From the NCBI RefSeq assembly GCF_006345805.1, contig NW_021833123.1, positions 1-64,000 on the forward strand: 64,000 bases of DNA. Direction: 5' to 3'. A program made the position numbers and the translations under genes. The DNA is from Octopus sinensis. Its lineage: Eukaryota. Within the stretch, counting starts at the first letter, position 1. The number at the start of each line of letters is the position of its first letter. Below the pieces are notes generated by a model. That model saw only the letters and a list, made by a program, of their open reading frames with translations, did no database searches and had not been told where the DNA came from. Of the stretch, positions 12,400 through 24,264 are shown one piece after another.

Positions 12400-12680
12400 T
12401 TAGTTTAAACGACAAACATCTCACCAGCTCGAAAACAAGATGTCTCGCTTTATGTTTGTGATAGAGCGTACTGCTACTCTATCCAGGTTATAAGTTCAGG
12501 TGTATACCTGTAATTATTGGAATTCTGGGATATGTAACACACTGCCTAAGCACCACTCTTGAAAAATTAGGCTTCTCTAAACCAGAAAGGAGAAAGCTGA
12601 TTCGAAGAATACAGATCTAAGCCATCACAAGAACAGTAAAAATCTGTAAAACTTTCCAGAAGTTTATCATTTAAGTATTT
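12400..12680 (+). pseudogene. 3' end of an endonuclease (RLE)-type non-LTR retrotransposon ORF
   Basis: YKFRCIPVIIGILGYVTHCLSTTLEKLGFSKPERRKLIRRIQI*AITRTVKICKTFQKFII*; PVIIGxLG motif as in R4/NeSL-type C-termini. Confidence 0.55.
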
Positions 12681-12717
12681 ATATGAGCATACCTAGACAT
12701 AATACTATATACATTGG

Positions 12718-12757
<40 letters not shown>

Positions 12758-13099
12758 AAGCATATAAATCTTCACATATACATCTTGATATTGTTGAAAT
12801 TCCTTTGAAGGAGACTTGGATCTAGGTTAGAAACTGGCTCTATCTCTATTGGCAAGAAATGTTGAAATAAAACTGAATGACATATATAGTGAGAATTTAC
12901 CAAAAATATAAAAGAATACGAGTGTGTAAACAACAAAGAGATGGAAGTGAGAAAGTCTTTTACGTTTCGATACATACATACATACGTTTCGATACATACA
13001 TACATACATACACTATCCATATTACAAGTTCAAGTTTATACCTGTAACTATTGGGACCCTGGAACTGTAAAAATCTTTAAGACTTTCCAGAAGTTATCA

Positions 13100-13653
13100 T
13101 CTATTATATAAAATCCGTTCTGTCTGTCTGTGTGTGTGTCTTCGAGGATCTCGGTCATCCTCCATCCTCTTGCGCTCAAATTTGATATGTAGATTCCGAC
13201 GGTATCAGGGCGTGTATAAGTCTTCAAGAAATTACAAAAATCGATTCCAGGTGAGAATGCGATCGATAAAGTCGTGGGAACGTGCATTTGTACGCGCGAA
13301 AACATCAGCTGTTGCGATCGATACTACGCGTACGCGAGAAGAATGCACGTGCAGTTTGCGCAAAAGAAAGCCGGCTGGCTTGAAATAATGCCTCAAGATG
13401 CAGTATGTTTAAGAGACCAAAAAAGTAAGATGCAACAGAGATATTTTCTTCAAACTTTGCATGAAGGAAGGAAAGACTATTTTGTTTCTCAAGAAGTTTT
13501 TTTTTTTTGCCTTAACTTCGTTTAACAAAACCAAAAATTTTATTGAAATAAAAGCATGCTTAATTATTTATAAAATGAAAAGAAAATACTGATTGTTTTT
13601 TATTCAGCAGATATGATTCAGCACCGTCCATTGGACGGGGGGCGTTTTGCTCG
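13100..13653 (+). mobile_element. Non-autonomous Helitron-like element
   Basis: 5' TCTATTATATAAAAT after A13099; subterminal hairpin CCGTCC-ATT-GGACGG 13624-13638; 3' CTCG (CTAG-like) followed by T. Confidence 0.62.
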
Positions 13654-13769
13654 TTTAAATACATATGCCCATGTCTAGATATGCAACCATATGCATGAGA
13701 ATACATACATAAAGCCTACAAATCTGTACATACATACACAAAGCATGCAAATCTGCAGATACATACATA

Positions 13770-15059
13770 CGAGTGACGTTCAATAAGTAATGCCTCTGAC
13801 CCACTTGCAGTTGTTTGATCTAACTGAAATTGCATGTGCAATTATTTATATCTCTATAGATGAAGTGGAAAATTACAGCTCTGAATTAATTGTGGTTTCT
13901 GATTTACAGATGTTTGAACTGAGTCAAGTGTGAAATGGAGCCTGTTGAGTGTCGAGCAGTGATCCGGTTTTTGTATTTGAAAGGACGCACACCACGGGAG
14001 ACTTTTGATGAAATGAAAGTAACTTATGATGATGATGCCCCATCATATGACCTTGTAAAACGCTGGCATCGTAAATTCAAACATGGTCGGAACTCTGTGG
14101 AAACAGCTCCCAGATCTGGTCTCCTCCCTTCTGCCATTGATAAGGCATCTGTCCGCCAAGTTGAGGCTGCCATTTTAGAAGATCGACGCATAACTATTCG
14201 CCAAATAGTCCATGAGGTCAAGATTAGTACCGGGTCTGTGGAAACTATCATTCATGACCATTTGCATATGCAAAAGGTGTCTGCCAGATGGATTCCCAGG
14301 CTGCTCACACCTTTCCAGAAGCAAGAACGCGTCGAGTGCTCGAGGATGAATTTGGAGATATGCCAAGACGATGAGTCAAAATTTTTCAAAAGACTGATTA
14401 CACAGGATGAAACCTGGGTCCATCACAATGATCCAGAGACCAAAGCCCAGTCAATGCAGTGGAAGCACCGTGACTCACCTCCTCCAAAGAAGGCAAGGGT
14501 GCAGCCCTCCGCTGGCAAGGTCATGCTCACAGTCTTCTGGGACCAGGACGGAGTAGTGATGACAGATTTCCTGGCAAAGGGTACCACAATTACAGGAGCC
14601 TATTATGCTTCACTTTTGAGGAAATTAAGAGAAGCTATCAAAATCAAGAGGCGGGGCAAGATCAGCAAAGGCATCCTCCTCCTGCAGGACAACGCTCCGT
14701 TCCACAATTCGCGTGTCGCCAGATCAGAAGCACAGGCGTGCGGCTATGAACTCCTCCCCCATCCCCCTACTCTTCTGACCTTGCACCCTCTGATTTTCAG
14801 CTCTTCCCAGCCACGAAGTTGTTTTTGAAAGGAAAGCGTTTCCCAGATGATGCAGCCTTGATTTCTGAAGTCACGTCGTGGTTGGAGGACCAAGCTGGGG
14901 TCTTCTAAAAAATCGGTCTCCAGAGCAGCAACAATCGATGGGAGAAATGTGTAACTCTGCGTGGTTCCTATGTAGAAAAAGACTAATAACTGTGCCAAGT
15001 TTCGTTGCTCTACTGCTATGGGAAGTGGGTCAAGGGCATTACTTATTGAACGCCCCTCG
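13770..15059 (+). mobile_element. Full-length mariner transposon (1290 bp)
   Basis: 33-bp TIRs (CGAGTGACGTTCAATAAGTAATGCCTCTGACCC and a right end with 4 mismatches); TA TSD at 13768-69 and 15060-61 within (TACA)n. Confidence 0.95.
13935..14986 (+). pseudogene. DD34D mariner transposase, one frameshift and one stop
   Basis: SARWIPR, ITQDETWVHH, QDNAP, then HPP-YSSDLAPSDF after a 1-bp loss in the C run near 14765; D-to-D spacing 34; TAA at 14906-08; natural stop 14984-86. Confidence 0.93.
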
Positions 15060-15409
15060 TACATACATACATACATAAAAATTTACTTAACCCAGAATTT
15101 AATAGAACGCACTGCGCCATAGTACCATGCAGAGGGACCGAACCAGAAAACCCATGATTTCAAAACTAACTTATTAACCCTATAAACGTGCCTATTCCCC
15201 TCTCTTTCTCTCTCTCTCTCTCTTCCGCTTTCTTTCTCTTTCTTTCCCTTCTCCCTCTCACGAACACACCCACATCCTCTCTTACCTACGCATATACTAA
15301 TATACATGCATGCAGTCCCACACATACACGCAGTAACCCTACTCGCAAAAGCATACATACACACAAATACGCAAGCCACATCCCAAACAGATAAACAGTA
15401 CGTACAAAG

Positions 15410-15560
15410 GGAAAGTTTACGAAAATAAACAAAAGACGAAGGCAGGTGGAGTACAAACAAACAAATGTATTAGTATAACGCTCAGGAATAGAAAAAAGTA
15501 TTTTATGTTTCGAGCCTACACTCCTCTACAGAAAGGGACACAGAAAAAAACAAACAGTAC
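15410..15560 (-). mobile_element. Penelope-like terminal fragment with variant hammerhead-like motif
   Basis: Homologous to 21750-21905; minus strand CTTT-CTGTAGA-G-GAGT-GTAG-GCTC-GAAAC-AT-A-AAAT. Confidence 0.55.
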
Positions 15561-15581
15561 ATACATGACAGGCATTTCATG

Positions 15582-15655
<74 letters not shown>
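15582..15655. repeat. (TATC)n microsatellite, about 18 units
   Basis: Perfect repeat directly upstream of Tx1 copy 1. Confidence 0.97.
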
Positions 15656-16666
15656 ATGGCACCGCGAGTGTCGCGTTGCTCTCAAGCAACTCTGCCGTCC
15701 TGGGTCGACCTTAAGTGACTTCAACACAACCAAAGCATTCTATAGGGGTTTAGTGGAGGGGAGGTACGACGACGAGCTCGGGGCGAACCTGGACGTCGAC
15801 GAGGAGTACCTGACCCGCCTGTTCGGGACGACTTTCGGGCCAGGGCCCATGGACAACTTCCAGAGATCCCTGGCCTGGCAGTGCTACCGAGAAGCGCTAC
15901 CCGTTCGGGATAAGCTCTACAGACACGGCTCGAGAAACACGGGGCCGACCTGCCCGAGATGCGGTCAGAGCGACGAAACCGTTCTGCACGCACTCGTTCA
16001 GTGTCCAACAATTTCCGACCTGTGGGCTTATGTCGAACAACTGCTGTCACGTGTGGGACGAGTCGGTTTATCAGCTGAGTCTATCGTCAATATTGTCACG
16101 CCTCCTTCCTTCAAACGGGAAGGAAGAGCTATTTTCATCATCCTTGTGGCTATGGCGAAAGAATGTATCTGGTGGACGCGTCTGAAAGGATTGGAGACAA
16201 ACACTTTCCTCTCTGGTCAATCTCTCATCAACTTCTTCAAGTACCACTTGAAAAGGAAGTGAGAGTAGAGAGGCAAGTTTTGTCTAGCGAATGTTTTAAA
16301 AAAAGATGGGTGAATGTAGCAAGAATGGCACGTATGAATGACGAAGCCACCTTGAGCATAGTCCTATGAACCCAGAAATCGAAAACAGAGAGTTGCTTAT
16401 TTGCAAAAAAAAAAAAAAAAAAAAAAATATATAAAATGTGACTTCATTGACCGAGGTTACCGTGGTCTTTTCCGCAGGCTTTTCTTTCCACGGGTAAACC
16501 TCACCTGTCCTCCCCTTTACACTTCATATTGACATTTCTGTGATAACGATCCCTATTGATCATTTTTTTTTCCTCTCCCCCCCCCCTTTTTTTTTTTTTT
16601 TTAACCCCCCTTATTTTTGTCCTCTTTCTCTCCTTTTACGATCCCTTTTGATCGAACCTCCCCCTT

Positions 16667-16700
<34 letters not shown>

Positions 16701-16770
16701 CCTTCAAAAGAAAAGCTCTACCTTGTAATTTGTTCTATCTGTGTGCAGCCCTGTGTGGCTAATAAAGAAA
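15656..16770 (+). mobile_element. Tx1/L1-clade LINE, 5'-truncated copy 1
   Basis: Near-identical to 17707-18814; CCHC finger CPRCGQSDETVLHALVQC; one A lost near 16258; ends AATAAAGAAA. Confidence 0.9.
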
Positions 16771-16782
16771 CATATCTATCTA

Positions 16783-18814
16783 TGGAGGCAGTCCTGAGAG
16801 CGGCTGGTTTCGGTCCCGTCTTCCGCGGCTGGATAGCTGCCTTGTACAGAGGCATCCGTTCGGTAATTCGCGTAAATGGACATCTATCGAGACCTTTCGA
16901 CATTGCACGTTCGGTCCGTCAGGGATGCCCCCTCTCGGCGCTTCTATACGTATTGACTCTTGAGCCACTACTGCGGAAGCTGGCGACTCTAAGGGGCATC
17001 CCGCGAGAATTGGGATGCGGGACGAGCGTGTCTGCATACGCGGACGACGTCACCGTCATAGTGTCTAGCCACGAGCACATCGAGCTGGTCGGCGAGACAC
17101 TGAAAAACTACGAAGCGGTGACAGGAGCGAAAATCAACCGGGAAAAGTCAGTGGGCTTGCGACTAGGCACCTGGAGAAGCAAGCCCATGCCGTCCACCAG
17201 CGCCTCCGTCGTGAGCGCTGGACCGACGGCCCGGTTGAGTTGCTCGGGGTCTGGTTTGGTCCGGACCTCCAAGTGGAGAAGAACTGGAACGAGATAACGA
17301 GTAGGGTGGTCACTCTCGCCCGGCAATGGGCCGAGAGGAAACTGTCCCTAAAAGGTCGAGCGGAGGTGGCGAACACGTACATCGCGTCCGTCATCTACTA
17401 CCGCCTGACCGTCGTACCTTGTCCCGACCCTACCATCACCAAACTACAACGCATCCTCTTTCGCTTCTTGTGGAAAGGATGCGTCCCGATGGTCAGGCGA
17501 TCCATTTGCTGTCAACACCCGTTAAAAGGAGGGCTGGGCATGCCGTGGTTGATGATGCGCAGACACGCGCTGAGACTGCGACATCTCTGGCTCTATGTAG
17601 ACGACGGTGAACAGGTGTGGTCGCCGTTTGTGAGGCACGCTTTCCCGCAGCTCGTCTCCATGACCGAACTGCAGTCGTGGATCAAAAAGAGGCCGAGGAA
17701 GGGCGAATGGCACCGCGAGTGTCGCGTTGCTCTCAAGCAACTCTGCCGTCCTGGGTCGACCTTAAGTGACTTCAACACAACCAAAGCATTCTATAGGGGT
17801 TTAGTGGAGGGGAGGTACGACGACGAGCTCGGGGCGAACCTGGACGTCGACGAGGAGTACCTGACCCGCCTGTTCGGGACGACTTTCGGGCCAGGGCCCA
17901 TGGACAACTTCCAGAGATCCCTGGCCTGGCAGTGCTACCGAGAAGCGCTACCCGTTCGGGATAAGCTCTACAGACACGGCTCGAGAAACACGGGGCCGAC
18001 CTGCCCGAGATGCGGTCAGAGCGACGAAACCGTTCTGCACGCACTCGTTCAGTGTCCAACAATTTCCGACCTGTGGGCTTATGTCGAACAACTGCTGTCA
18101 CGTGTGGGACGAGTCGGTTTATCAGCTGAGTCTATCGTCAATATTGTCACGCCTCCTTCCTTCAAACGGGAAGGAAGAGCTATTTTCATCATCCTTGTGG
18201 CTATGGCGAAAGAATGTATCTGGTGGACGCGTCTGAAAGGATTGGAGACAAACACTTTCCTCTCTGGTCAATCTCTCATCAACTTCTTCAAGTACCACTT
18301 GAAAAGGAAAGTGAGAGTAGAGAGGCAAGTTTTGTCTAGCGAATGTTTTAAAAAAAGATGGGTGAATGTAGCAAGAATGGCACGTATGAATGACGAAGCC
18401 ACCTTGAGCATAGTCCTATGAACCCAGAAATCGAAAACAGAGAGTTGCTTATTTGCAAAAAAAAAAAAAAAAAAAAAGAAATATAAAATGTGACTTCATT
18501 GACCGAGGTTACCGTGGTCTTTTCCGCAGGCTTTTCTTTCCACGGGTAAACCTCACCTGTCCTCCCCTTTACACTTCATATTGACATTTCTGTGATAACG
18601 ATCCCTATTGATCATTTTTTTTTCCTCTCCCCCCCCCCTTTTTTTTTTTTAACCCCCCTTATTTTTGTCCTCTTTCTCTCCTTTTACGATCCCTTTTGAT
18701 CGAACCCCCCCTTCCTTTTTTTTTTTTTTTTTTTTTTTTTAATACCTTCAAAAGAAAAGCTCTACCTTGTAATTTGTTCTATCTGTGTGCAGCCCTGTGT
18801 GGCTAATAAAGAAA
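16783..18814 (+). mobile_element. Tx1/L1-clade LINE, 5'-truncated copy 2
   Basis: RT motifs SVRQGCPLSALLY, SAYADDVTV, AKINREKS; frameshift near 17212; C-terminal domain with CCHC finger to 18421; ends AATAAAGAAA followed by CATATCTATC. Confidence 0.92.
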
Positions 18815-18854
18815 CATATCTATCTATCAATCTATATATCCATCTATCTGTCTG

Positions 18855-18888
<34 letters not shown>

Positions 18889-18945
18889 AATCTATCTATT
18901 TACATATATATATATCGATCTATCTATCTATCTATCTATCTATCT

Positions 18946-18978
<33 letters not shown>

Positions 18979-19011
18979 ATATCTATCTGTCTGTCTATCT
19001 ATCTATCTATC

Positions 19012-19043
<32 letters not shown>

Positions 19044-19087
19044 ATATATATATCTGTCTGTCTATCTATCTATCTATCTATCTATCA

Positions 19088-19121
<34 letters not shown>

Positions 19122-19175
19122 ATATATATATATATATCTGTCTGTCTATCTATCTATCTATATATCTATCTATTT
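18815..19175. repeat. Compound (TATC)n/(AT)n microsatellite
   Basis: Direct inspection. Confidence 0.95.
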
Positions 19176-19696
19176 GCGTGTCTTTCCCTACCAATTTCCC
19201 TCTCTACCTCATTCTCACTCTCATTCTCAATATTATCTCTCTCTCTCTCCTCCTTCCACTCTTTTTGTCTCTCAATCCCTCTATTCATTTTCTATTTCTC
19301 TTCCTCTGACACATTCTTCCTCTTTCATCTCCCCTTCCTCCTCTTTTTTTAGCCCCCTCTACTCTTTAACACCATCTGTCCTTCCCCCACCACCTGTCAT
19401 ATATACGTTTACCTCTTTCTGCCTCCCTTCACCGCAAATATCACCACCACCATCACCATCACACTAACAAACTCAAGCAACCTCTCTCTCTCTTCATCCC
19501 CTCCTCTTCCTACTCTTTCAACGACTCTTTTCCCTTTCCTCCCCCTTTCACATCACCTTTGCCTTCACTTCCCTCTATTTACCTCTCTGTCTTGTCTTCC
19601 TCTATTGTCTATAGGATCCCCATCTCCAACACTCCGTCTCCACCTTCGCCTTCACAGTCTCTCTTTCCCTCTCCTTCTGTCTCTCCCTTTCTTTTT

Positions 19697-19744
<48 letters not shown>

Positions 19745-20040
19745 ATTTTCTCTCATCTTCGGCTGCCATCGCTCTACTGAAACCTGCCCCACACTGTCTT
19801 TTAGACACACACACACACACACACATACACACATACACACGCATACACACACACACGCACACACACATACACATATACACACGCACACGCGCGCACACAC
19901 ACACACACACACAAACTATCCCTTCTCTGTTTCTCAATCTGTTACACACACAAACACGCGGACGCACACACACACATACGCCTTCTATCTCTGTCTCTCA
20001 CTCACTCCTTCGCTTAAACAGAAACATACACTGGCACACT

Positions 20041-20074
<34 letters not shown>

Positions 20075-20180
20075 CACACATACTCCTTTCTTTCTCCCTC
20101 TCCCTCTCTCCCTCTCTCCCTTACACCCTCCCTTACGTACACACACGCGCGCATACACACACAGGCCTGCAAGCACTCAT
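19176..20180. repeat. Pyrimidine-rich (CT)n and (AC)n low-complexity field
   Basis: Direct inspection. Confidence 0.85.
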
Positions 20181-20759
20181 ACACTCGGCTCGCCCCCACC
20201 CCCCTGCTTTCGTCTTTCTTCTATAATAAGACTGACACAAGAACGGGACAACAGCAAAACCTACAACAATAACAACAGACATATCAACTACAACAACAAC
20301 AACGACAACAATACGAGGACGTACCGATCGCCATTGCAATGCCAGCACTGATTGTGTGAGTGACTATAATGAGACGCGGTTCCTCCTGTCACGGTTTCTC
20401 TCCGGGGTTGGCGCTGCTAATAAAGATAAATGACTTTAAACTCTACCGCACCGCCAAAAACGGAGTCTGCTTCGTGTGACCGGACGCCGCTCCGCTCCAA
20501 CCAACACCGAACGGCACCGCTGCTCCTAAATACCATTCGTACATCCACACCCATACACACCCACACACACACACACTCACCTCTAACCACCGACATCCCA
20601 TCTCACACACTCTCCTACCTACCTACCTACCTACCTACCTACCTACCTACCTACCTACAAGCACCCCACCCCCCTCCTAACTCGCGCAACATCCCGAATC
20701 GTTATTCCGAAACTACGCCGCCACCAAAAAAAAAAGAAAACAACCCAATAACACAAACA

Positions 20760-20863
20760 CCACCAGCACCTCTACCACCTGTCACCAACCGCCACCACCA
20801 CCACCACCGCCATCATCACCACCGCCACCGTCACCACAGCCACCATCACCGCCACCACCACCA

Positions 20864-20895
<32 letters not shown>

Positions 20896-21235
20896 ACCGC
20901 TGCCATAAACTAAGAGTTGTCTTCGCCAACAGTACAAACGCCACAAACACCAACACAATCCTCACGATCTTCATCATCATCATTATATTATTGTCATCAT
21001 CATCATCATTGTCATCATCATCATCATTGTCATCCTCATCATAGTCATCATCGTTGTCGTCATCTTCGACGTCACCACTATCATTATCATTATCACCATC
21101 GTCGTCATCATCACTACCACCACCACCACCACCACCACCACCACTACTACTGCCACCATCACCATCATTACCATCACCATTACCACCACCACTAACACTA
21201 CCAGCACTACCAATACCCTCAACCATCATAAACAA
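20760..21235. repeat. Degenerate (CAC)n/(CAT)n trinucleotide field
   Basis: Direct inspection; source of the poly-His/Ser/Pro ORFs. Confidence 0.88.
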
Positions 21236-21391
21236 TGAAGAAGTGATGTTATGACGGCATTATCGACAAAAATACCTTGTACTATTAATTACGCCCTTTA
21301 ACATTCCGAAGGTAAACCCCGTCAAGACCAAATTTTACCTTTCAATCACCGTGAGTTAATCAATTCAATATCGATCATTTCACATATATAT

Positions 21392-21625
21392 TCTTTTACT
21401 CTTTTTCTCTTTTAATTGTTTCAGTCATTTGACTGCGGCCATGCTGGAGCACCGCCTTTAGTCGAGCAAACCGCCCCAGGACTTATTCTTTGAAAGCCTA
21501 GTACTTATGCAATCGGTCGCTTTTGCCGAACCGCTAAGTTACGGGGACGTAAACACACCACAATCGGTTGTGAAGTGATGTTGGGGTGACAAACACAGAC
21601 ACACAAACACACACACACACATACA
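21392..21625 (-). mobile_element. SINE family A, 3' part
   Basis: TTTCAGTCATTTGACTGCGGCCATGCTGGAGCACCG through GACAAACACAGAC. Confidence 0.85.
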
Positions 21626-21749
21626 TACATACATACATACATACATACATACATACATACATACATACATACATACATACATACATACATACATACGTAC
21701 ATACATACATACATACATACATACATACATACAATACATATATATATAG

Positions 21750-21905
21750 GGAGAATTCACGAAAAAAAACAAAGACGAAAACAGGTGGTGTACAAAACAA
21801 ACAAATATATTAGTATAACGCTCAGGAATTGCAAAAGTCTTTTATGTTTCGAGCCTACGCTCTTCTACAGAAAGGAACACAGAGAAAAAACAAGGAGATA
21901 AACAA
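21750..21905 (-). mobile_element. Penelope-like terminal fragment with variant hammerhead-like motif
   Basis: Minus strand CTTT-CTGTAGA-A-GAGC-GTAG-GCTC-GAAAC-AT-A-AAAG at 21839-21874. Confidence 0.6.
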
Positions 21906-21943
21906 AGAGAGAAAAAAATGTGTGGCTACCGATCTACCATGTC

Positions 21944-22003
<60 letters not shown>

Positions 22004-22158
22004 AGTAGTTGAATGAATTATCTTATTAAGGATAATTCGAATTAACCGATACCTGGGTAGCAAATTCACATCAGAAAAAACACGGTTGAAGTTACGTGCC
22101 TAGGGTATAGATTACGTGCTTTCGTGTGGAAATTTGTATGTTTATTTTAAAATTATAA

Positions 22159-22396
22159 ATATGAAAGAATGGAGCTGAACGACGAATTAACAATATTCCT
22201 TTATTTTCGACATATGTTTCGAAGGCTGCATATTCCTAATTGCGAAGGAATAAGGAGTATATTATGTCGCTTTCCAGATGAGAAAGCGGCATAATGTACT
22301 CCTTATTCCTTCGCAATTAGGAATATGCAGCCTTCGAAACATATGTCGAAAATAAAGGAATATTGTTAATTCGTCGTTCAGCTCCATTCTTTCATA

Positions 22397-22397
<1 letters not shown>
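22159..22397. repeat. Long inverted repeat, 116-bp arms, 7-nt loop
   Basis: Arms 22159-22274 and 22282-22397 differ at two positions; loop CAGATGA. Confidence 0.95.
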
Positions 22398-22475
<78 letters not shown>

Positions 22476-22944
22476 TACATACATACATATATACGACGAG
22501 CTTCTTTCAGCTCAATTTTCAGATATGCTCAATTTGCGTTGGTTTTTACGACTGCGTATTTGCGAGCATAATAGTAAAATCGGCAGTGAAATTAAAGAAA
22601 TATATCGAAGGACAGGAACAGATAAATCTAATTTATTTTCTTACCTTGGTGGATTTTAATCAGCACTAGTATTTACTCTTGGCATTTTAAAGACAAACGA
22701 GAAAGCCAAGTGGGACATCAAAGAACACCCGTTTGGATCAATGACCGATATTCGTTCAACTCCTATCAACAACAATAACACCAACAACAAAGATCACGAT
22801 GACATGAAAGCCGAATTTTAAAAACGTAATCTTAGTAATAAGTTTTGACAAGTTAATATTTAATATTTGGACAACTTTTAGATATAGTTTTTAACAGTAA
22901 GTGGCATTAACGAAACAACTGCCCCGTTCATTTACTTTCCGTGA

Positions 22945-23180
22945 AGATGCGTGACTTAGTGATTAAGGTATTGGACTCATAATCGTAAGATTATGATTTC
23001 GATTCCTAGTCCCGGTGACGCGTTGATTTCTTGAGCAAGACACTTCATTTCACGTTGCTCCAGTCCCACCCAGCTGGCAAAAATGAGTAATCCGGCGTCC
23101 CATCCAGGTGGGGAATATATATGTCACAGAAACCAAGAAAATCGACCCTATGAGTCTATATGACTCTGAAGGAACTTTAT
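22945..23180 (+). mobile_element. tRNA-derived SINE family C
   Basis: Degenerate A/B boxes, then CTTGAGCAAGACACTTCATTTCACGTTGCTCCAGT. Confidence 0.7.
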
Positions 23181-23337
23181 TTTTATTTATTTGTTCTAGT
23201 GTTGGATATTCTTCGATTTAGTAACGAAATACTAAACAATCTGGGGTGGTGAGTTTTCTTAAGTGTGGGTTCATCAGGGGCAAGAAAAATAACGTATCTT
23301 TATCTCTTTGTACATAATATTAGGTAAATCAGAATAG

Positions 23338-23643
23338 ACCCAAGGACTTGTTCTTTGTAAACCTAGTACTTATCCTTTCGGTTTCTCTCTTGCCGAACCG
23401 CTAAGTTACGGAGACGTAAACATATCAACATCGGTTGTCAAACGATGTGGGGGGGGGGACAAACACAGATACAAACACACACACACAAATGTATAACAAA
23501 TGAAAGATAGAAGATGGAATATACGAGAATATATTATCAACGACATCAGTTGTTTCGACACATCTAGCATCGATTCCTCTTGGATGGGACACACAAAAAC
23601 TGGTTCAGAAGTATCTGGTGATGCAGACGTATCTTGTCGGCTG

Positions 23644-23679
<36 letters not shown>

Positions 23680-23840
23680 ACAGGCTTCTTTCAATTTCTC
23701 TCTACCAAATCCACTCACAAGGTTTTGGTCGGCCCAAGGCCATAATAGAAGACACTTGCCTAAGGTGCCACACAATGGGACTGAACCCGGAACTATATGG
23801 ATGGTAAGTGAGCTACTTACCACACAGCCACTCCGGCGCC
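23338..23840 (-). mobile_element. SINE family A with about 150 bp of unrelated sequence in its internal microsatellite
   Basis: Head CACACAGCCACTCCGGCGCC at 23821-23840; insert about 23495-23645. Confidence 0.8.
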
Positions 23841-24264
23841 TATCTATGATTAATATATTCTGGCAGATTCGAACTTAATATCTGATCACCATTGTTTTTC
23901 ATCATGGAAGGGCGCTGCCTCCCTTTGGATGATATATATTCATAATATGCCATTCACCGGTGTAAGGAGACTTTGAGACATCGCAGTTTCGATTGCATTG
24001 TGTGCCTCCTCAGTCAACAGCCATCCTACCGGATAGCTACATCTGACAAGAGCTTGAGCTCTTATTTACAGGATTTCGCGAAGAAAATATTTTGATGATG
24101 CATTCTGATGTCTATCAAACTGAAAATAATTCATGGGTTGCACAAAGAACTGCAATAATCCAAACAATGCCGTACTTATTCATTCTTATTACTTTCTGGC
24201 AGATTAAAATTGAACATCTCATCGCTGTTGTTTTCCCGTCATTGGAAAACATCTCCCTTTAGAC

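Noticed and set aside
20430-21254. Poly-His/Pro/Ser ORFs as a possible transcription-factor exon
   Set aside because: Overlapping ORFs in several frames on both strands from degenerate trinucleotide repeats; no folded domain
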